Shown piece by piece: positions 56,561 to 64,000 of a stretch of 64,000 nucleotides of DNA. Both the position numbers and the translations under genes were made by a program. A model generated the notes under the pieces. That model did no database searches. It saw only the letters and a list, made by a program, of their open reading frames with translations, and was not told the DNA's origin. Position 1 is the first letter of the stretch. Every line of letters starts with the position of its first letter. The DNA comes from the human T2T-CHM13v2.0 reference genome, Homo sapiens, in the NCBI RefSeq assembly GCF_009914755.1, contig NC_060925.1; one strand, given 5' to 3'.

Positions 56561-58649
56561 CTGTAGGGAGATTTGCCAGGAAAATAAGTTTTTCTTAGTC
56601 TAAAACTTCATTAGAATCATAATTCTAAAGCCTCAATCAAGACTGTCCTTGAAGAAAAGTCTCTGCCAGAGATTGATAGAGTTTTATATTAAGATTTGGT
56701 TTAAATATATGAAGTACATTAAGTATTATTAAGTAAGAAGTATATGGTTTAAATACACTTTATATTTGGTTTTCCATACTTAATAAAAGTTTGGGTTTTC
56801 TTTTTTTTCTAATTTCTTCAAGATTGATTTAGAGTTTTTTGTTATGATAGTCAAATGAAATTTCAATTTATTGCATGTACTTAGAGGGAATACAGGTTCA
56901 ATCTATTCATGGCTTGAACTGTGAAACAAATTGGGTGGCATCTGTTTTATCAACCTGTCCAGGTAGGTAACTGTTTCTCTTAGAGGGCATTTTTTTTCCC
57001 TAAGATCTTAGTGTTTCACATCACTACCATCTATGCCTTCTTCCATTGTCCCTTTAAGTTACTCACCAGTGAATTGTGTTACTTCTATCAGTAAATGCTC
57101 TTTGTAATGATTGTTTTTTATAAAATCTGGAGTTAACAGCTAGCATTGTTACATTCTTTTTTTAATTTACATATATTCTTTCCAGTTTTGCATTGTTTAT
57201 AATGTAATACGAAAATTTGAGGGAAATTTTATTTGTAAACTAATTGAAATGTTATAAAAGGAAACTGAAACATACTAACCTTCTGTTTTCCTAAATTATC
57301 TCTTAGAATTATGAATAATTCTCTATGTCCAAACCCAGAGCAAAATAAATTATAGCATTTTTCTGATTAAAATATGGAGAAAATATTTACAGCTAATTAA
57401 ATGTAAAACAGGTATATCTTTTTCAATGAAAGTTGACTTTGATAGTTCACATTTTGGTCAAGAGATAGAATTGCATCTATTAAATGAATTATTAAAGTAT
57501 CCATGACATGGAGTTAGAGGATTAGTGTTTCATGCCCAGCAGGACAAATCAGCAATACATCCCTTATAATGCAAATTGTAAGTTGTTACTTTTTATCTTT
57601 TTAAAAAAATAATTAGATAAAGCATAGGTACTTTTTGTTTAATTTTGCATTTAAGATATAATGAATAGAATAGTCTTACAAAATTTATTTTAGAAATTAT
57701 AATTAATTTGTTTTGATAGAAATATTATTTAGAGTATTATTGTGGTCCAAGTAAATCAAAATAGAAAATGTGTTGGTTTAGTAGATAAATATCCCCCATA
57801 TATTTAATTATTTTCATGTATATCCTAGCATTTTTCTTAGAAAAACATTTTCTTAGCTAGAAAATGTTCTTTTGTGACAAAATATAATGGAGAATTTAAG
57901 TGAATTCTGCAATACTTTCAAAGTCGAAATGTATTTGCTCTTGCTTTGACTTTAGTAAGACTGTAATTTTTTCATTTTTTTCAATGACCAACTTATCTGT
58001 AGAAATTAAAATGAATTTTACCACTGTTACTGAAGCTTAAATTTTAAAAAATTGGTATTTTTTAAGTTTATTTTTTGTAAATACATATATTTATTTCTAA
58101 ATATAAAGATATAACTGCCAAAGCCAGTTCAGTATACATAACACAAATAATCATTAGTCTTGGAAAGACTAAACTTTCTACATTTTCTGGTGAGATATTG
58201 TACCTAGTGCCCCTTCTCACTTTGCAGTATGGTCTTTAGGGAATTCATATAGTGGACGATATAGCTCACAGAGAGCAGTTAATATTCTTTATTGAGCACT
58301 ACTAATGAATATCAAGCTATTTTCTATAGAGTATCTTTAGTTTTTAAATTCATATTTGTTTTATTAGCTTTTCAAATGTGGCATATAAGGAAGTACCACA
58401 TATTTTGGTTTTTAAACTTAATTCTAAAATTAATTTTAAAATATTTTGAATAGTAACTTGAATAGAAAAAAATTAGAATTCCAGTTTTAAAATTCATGTA
58501 TTTATTTTGAGGAAGTTGAAATTGCTTGCTATTTTTTAACATATATAAGAGCTATAAATAAAATATTTGCACATAATATATATAGTGAGCTATGTTACTT
58601 TGGTCATATAGCTTTTTCTTATCTTTTATATGCAGGTTGGCATACAAGG

Positions 58650-59110
58650 AGCAGTATTACTTGGTGTTTAAGATCATGGATTCTGGAGTCAGAATGTCTG
58701 GATTCAAATCCAGGTTCTACCACTTCATAGATTTGTGAACTTGGACAACTTAATTATTCTCTGGACTTCAATTTATTAATCTAAAGACTAAGATAATATT
58801 ATAGTACTTATCATAAATTGTCTTGAGTGTTAAATTTTAAAATGAAAGCAATTACAACAATATCTGGCAAATGGGAAGCTAAGAGATTAGCAGTTAACAG
58901 TTTGGGTTCAGGAGTCAGTGTGCTCAAGTTCAAATACAGACTGTGTCACTGAATAATAATTTTAAGATCTTGAAAGTTTTACTTACTCTTTGTGAACCTC
59001 AGTATCTATATCTGTAAAATATGGTTGCAGTGAGGATTAAATAAGATAATGCTTGTAAAGGACTTAAAACAGTCCCTGTTAAATAATAAGCACTTTTTAA
59101 GTGTTTGATA
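58650..59110 (+). mobile_element. Two tandem MIR SINEs
   Basis: Two copies of the GGAGTCAG...TTCAAAT...AAAT core (about 58650-58880 and 58885-59110). Confidence 0.7.
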
Positions 59111-59283
59111 TTGTTCAGGTTGTTATTAGTTGGTCTTGGTTTTGTTGTTTACCACATTAAAACTTTGCAAATTTGGATCATGGGAAAACTTGCATTAGTG
59201 AAATTTGAGTTATTGACTGTATTCAACAAATTTAATTCTTCAAATGTGTAATATTAAACTAATTATTGGCTGTGTGCTTTTAA

Positions 59284-59589
<306 letters not shown>

Positions 59590-59848
59590 TGAAGATTTTG
59601 AAGATCCTCCTTAAGAGGCATGTGTGTTTTAAATAGATTTACTTTCCTGCAGTGGGTGGCCTAGAATGCTTGAAAGAAGGTATAGGTATAGATAAATTAC
59701 ATTATCTTATACTTATGCAGAATGACTTTCTAAGCAGATTCATAGTATACAAAGATTTTAGGGGAAATTCTACTCCTATAATGAATAAGAATATATTTTT
59801 TATTAGGGAGGTATGAATCAGTGTAATTTTTTAATTGATGGTGTACAG

Positions 59849-60063
59849 CAGGGGTGTCCAATCTTTTGGCTTCCCTGGGCCACATGGGAAGAAGAATGGT
59901 CTTGGGCCACACATAAAATACCCTAACAATAGCTGATGAGCTAAAAACAAATTGTAAAAAATAACTCATAAGATTTTAACAAAGTTTACAAATTTGTGTT
60001 GGGCTGCATTCAAAGCCATCCTGAGCTGCATATGTCTGGCAGGCCATGAGTTGGACAAGCATG
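59849..60063 (+). mobile_element. MER30 (hAT-Charlie MITE)
   Basis: CAGGGGTGTCCAATCTTTTGGCTTCCCTGGGCCAC...TTGGACAAGCATG termini with an 8-bp TSD (G/T)TGTACAG. Confidence 0.92.
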
Positions 60064-60659
60064 TTGTACAGTATTCATATCTTTAGTTTAATTTCAGTGT
60101 ATATCCTATTGCAGTTTTATGTACAGGTGGGATTTACCAAATGTTTTTATACTCAGAACTGTTACTGGCTGACTTCTGGTATCATAATGTATTTGAAATA
60201 ATAAATATTAGTTTAGTTCTCAGATAAGGATGAAAAATAAGCCTGAAGATTTTTAGTATTTTTATTAGAAGATATTTTATTTCTTCTCTACAACCATACT
60301 ACTGTTTTAAAATTATAAATAGATAAAATATTTTTAATGAATGTGAAAAACAGGCATTCAGTCAGGGTATTGTGTGAACAGTATGTTTACAGCAGGCATA
60401 TTTCACCTTTTCCTAGTGGGGAAAGCTGCTTTTTTTTTTAATTTGTCTGAAGCTTTAGTATGTATTTATCTAAAGATATGTAACATAAGATATTTACCAT
60501 TAATAAAGCCTGGCACCTGCATTTGCCAGCTTGGTATTATTTAGTGAGTGAAGTGTTTCATATGGAATAAGAGGAGCAAAAAAGAGGGAAAAATTTTCAA
60601 ATTTTGTTAACTAACCTGACCTTTACCAGAACATCATACTCATATTTCCCTCTGTGAAA

Positions 60660-61600
60660 TATTCTGTTGGCATTTCCAGTGTAGCATGTCAAAAACTAAA
60701 TTAATTATCTGTCATTCTCCTTCTACTTTCCTCTTTCCTCCCATGCTCTAATCCAAATGCCTTTCTTCTCATATCCTTCATTTTGGTTAGTGCATTACCA
60801 TTTACCCAGTCACTCAAACTAGAAACTTTAGAATTAACCTCAACTCTTCTTCTTTCTTATCCTCAACTCTTCTTCTTTCTTATCCTCAACTCTTCTTCTT
60901 TCTTATCCTCTAAATTTACATAAGTGGATCATTATCAATTTTCTTTGAACAAAGACTAGATTTTACCCTTCTCTGTTACCACTGCTACTACTTAGTTTAA
61001 GAACTGAAGATATTTTACCACTATTGACTTGCTACCATATTTCAGTTTTCTAGTTGTTTTAACCAATATAGTTCTACAAGGCAAACTTGTAATCATGTTA
61101 CTCCCCAAATACAAAAATTTTTGGATGATATTCAAGGTTCTTTGACAATTTGGACCTTGCTTTCATCTCCAGTTACAGCTCCTCTGGTATATTCTTAATC
61201 TTTCCTGAATACACATACATTCATTCATTCATTCATCCATCCATCCATTTGTCCACAGATGTTTATATGTCAGCTATGTGGTGCTGTCCTAGGTACTTTG
61301 AAGATACAGAGGTAAATAAATATGACTGCCGTGATTATTGCCCATTAGTGCTTATAGAATGCCATGTATATTATTTCTGTCTTTAACCATGCTATTTCAA
61401 ATGTACTTTTACTATTTATAGAGGTTCTATTCCTTTTTTATACCCTACTCAAGTGTCATCTCTTCTAAAGCGTTTTATGACTTTCTCAGGTAGTGCTTCT
61501 TTGTGCTCCAGTAATAATTTATAGTAATATCTCTATTATAGTATTTACTGTATGTTATACTTACTTGCTTATAGTGGATCTCTCCCATTAGGTTGAATTT
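60660..61600 (+). mobile_element. L2 fragments (with an antisense L2 3' end at about 61215-61360)
   Basis: ACCATTTACCCAGTCACTCAAACTAGAAAC, and (ATTC)n/(ATCC)n followed by GTCCTAGGTAC...GATACAGAGGTAAATAA. Confidence 0.6.
60838..60910. repeat. Perfect 23-bp tandem repeat x3 (CCTCAACTCTTCTTCTTTCTTAT)
   Basis: Units at 60838, 60861 and 60884. Confidence 0.95.
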
Positions 61601-61689
61601 TAGGGCAAGAGAAAGATGAAAGAGGAACGTAGAAATAAGGATTGAGGCAAGGGATAGAAAGAGGCAAGAAGAGGAGAGAAGGAAAACAG

Positions 61690-61900
61690 AAGCAGTATGA
61701 GTAGTATTTAAAATACAGACACTGGGGCCAGACAGGGTTTGAATCCTGATTCTTCCACTTACTATCTGAACACATAGTTTAATATCTCTTTGTCTCAATT
61801 TACAATGGGGATGATAATAGGATCATTGTGAAGATTAAATGAGTTAATGTATGTAAAGTGCTTAAAACAGTGAGTGGTGTATAGTATCTGCTGTATGGTT
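61690..61900 (+). mobile_element. MIR SINE
   Basis: GGGTTTGAATCCTGATTCTTCCACTTACTA...TGTGAAGATTAAATGAGTTAATGTATGTAAAGTGCTTA. Confidence 0.75.
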
Positions 61901-63034
61901 TTGTGCTATTTCTGTTATCAATAACTAGCTTTCTTAAGTGACATGAGCTACATTTTCTTTCATTTAGTTTTCCAAGACATGGGAGATTTTCAGTCTGCAT
62001 GATATCTAATCCTTTGTAGCCACTGAAGGCATTAAATGTCTGAGTGTTTTGAGCCTGTACTAAAAGGGGAACTCCTATATATATTTTGTTATTACAGTGT
62101 AATATTGAAGTGCTACTCTTTTTTGCCTCTTCATACCAGATTCTGTCCTGCTTCTGATTTTCCTGGCTATCTGAAATGTTGATGATAATTACTCTGTTTT
62201 CATTTTTACTCCATATCTCAGGCTTGATACATACCACTGTTTTATGTCATATACCTTAGCTTCTTTTATTAAAATCATTTTCTTCCCTGGCTGTGCTTCA
62301 GCCTGAGGACAAGACAGGCAAGGCTAATGTCTGGCTATAATTTCTTGGTTCTAGGAGCAAGGCCTGTCCCTCAGCACCAGCCTGATATCCAGCTAGCACT
62401 CCTACCGTTCCTCCCGCCTCCTCCTCTCACTCCCATTGCCCCTGCCTTACAATATTACTCTCTGCTTCATCTCCTACTGCAACACCATTGACCCAGCTTT
62501 GAAAAGATATAATGTCTTATTCAATTCTATACCTGGTATACCTAGTTTTTATAAATAATGAAAAAGGAAATCAAAGCACTCATCATTGACCGGTTGTTGA
62601 CTTCATTTTTAACAAATGAGTTAAGATACTATTTGCCATCGCCCTCTGATTTAAGGAAGAATCTTAGAGAAAATAACATTTTAGTTGCTGCTTGAATGAT
62701 GGAGGAAGAAAAGTAGATTATACAGGGATCTTTGTAGGGGTGTTTGAAGCTTAGAATCATTCTCAACTAATACTTGAATATTATCTGTAAGGCATGGAGG
62801 ATACAAAAACTTAGTTCCTGTTTAACTCCAAATGACTGATATAGGGGCAAATAATAAAAAAGTTGAAAGAGAGACTGCCGAGGACTGGAGAAGCTGTCTT
62901 TTGTCTTTTCTTGCTGTATAAAACCTCTCTAGGTGATTTCATATATTTGCTTGAGACCAAATTCTCTTGAAAATCTAGTAGCTTATCATAAAAGAATTTC
63001 ATTCAGTTTCTGGAATATAATGTGATTTTCTGTC

Positions 63035-63340
63035 TCTGGGCTTTTGCAGATGTTATTTCTGCCTGAAGTGATTCTTACTAATCTCTTAAAATATAATCAT
63101 AGAGTCCATAACTTCCAGAAAAGTTTTCTTGATCTTTCAGCACTGGAATAAGTGTTCCTGTGGTTCTCATAGTCCCTGTTCTTTCCCAATCATAGCCTTT
63201 CTTACACTATATTGTCTTTATTACACTGTGTTGTAATTGTCTTCACCAGATTGTTCAAGGAACACAGGAACTGTTTATATAACAATGCCTGGTGTATGGT
63301 TGGTGCTCCAAATATGTAAGTTGGTTGAGTGAATGAGTAG
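63035..63340 (+). mobile_element. L2 3' end
   Basis: GGGCTTTTGCA...ACAATGCCTGG...GGTGCTC...GTTGAGTGAATGA. Confidence 0.65.
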
Positions 63341-63613
63341 GATACAGTAGAGAGGAGTTGGTCGTTCCAGGCAAGGGAAGAAGATCAATAAAAACAAGGA
63401 GTGTGGTATTGAATATTGCGGATTCTGAGGCAATGAGTATAACATTTGACTGGAGTATAATATTGAAAAGAGAGGTTGGAGCTTTAAATGCCACATTAGG
63501 GAGTACAAAGTTTATTTACTAAGAAAGAGTGATTGAAGCTTTTAGAGATAAAAATAATGATATGTGTTCTCATAAATTTTGTTAAGTAATATATCCGTGC
63601 ATCAGATATAACC

Positions 63614-63924
<311 letters not shown>

Positions 63925-64000
63925 TTTTTTCTAATTCTTATTTTCAAATTTTTGCAGTGCTCTTCGATGGATTAAACATATGATGATTGCCTATTTTATA

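Noticed and set aside
61800-62237. 145-aa minus-strand ORF
   Set aside because: No recognisable homology, and its C-terminus is antisense MIR.

Overview
Primate (most likely human) genomic DNA, almost entirely intronic, from a + strand gene I identify as SYT14 (synaptotagmin-14). The identification rests on a 48-nt exon at 3549-3596 encoding (G)GERTCGVHELICIRK, which matches the SYT14 N-terminus as I recall it. The ORF track misses this exon. The rest is an AT-rich, transposon-dense intron: 16 Alu elements or fragments, a 13.8-kb nested L1 stack containing a full-length L1PA4, a solo THE1 LTR, a complete MSTA LTR-int-LTR element, MER21, MER30, L2/MIR/CR1 relics and simple repeats. The most interesting signals are: (1) the 48-nt exon is open in two frames, and an antisense AluSc exon with a tandem acceptor can either restore or preserve the SYT14 frame; (2) a 205-nt cassette that stops both frames, with RBFOX motifs nearby; (3) a decayed Tigger/TIGD1-like transposase relic lacking its DDE domain at about 55.8-56.5 kb; (4) an L1 antisense promoter with an extended ORF0 pointing into SYT14; (5) a CATATG-rich templated minisatellite. 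There is no prokaryotic, CRISPR or phage-type system. Repeat subfamily calls come from remembered consensus diagnostics, not a database run, and boundaries of old repeats are approximate.
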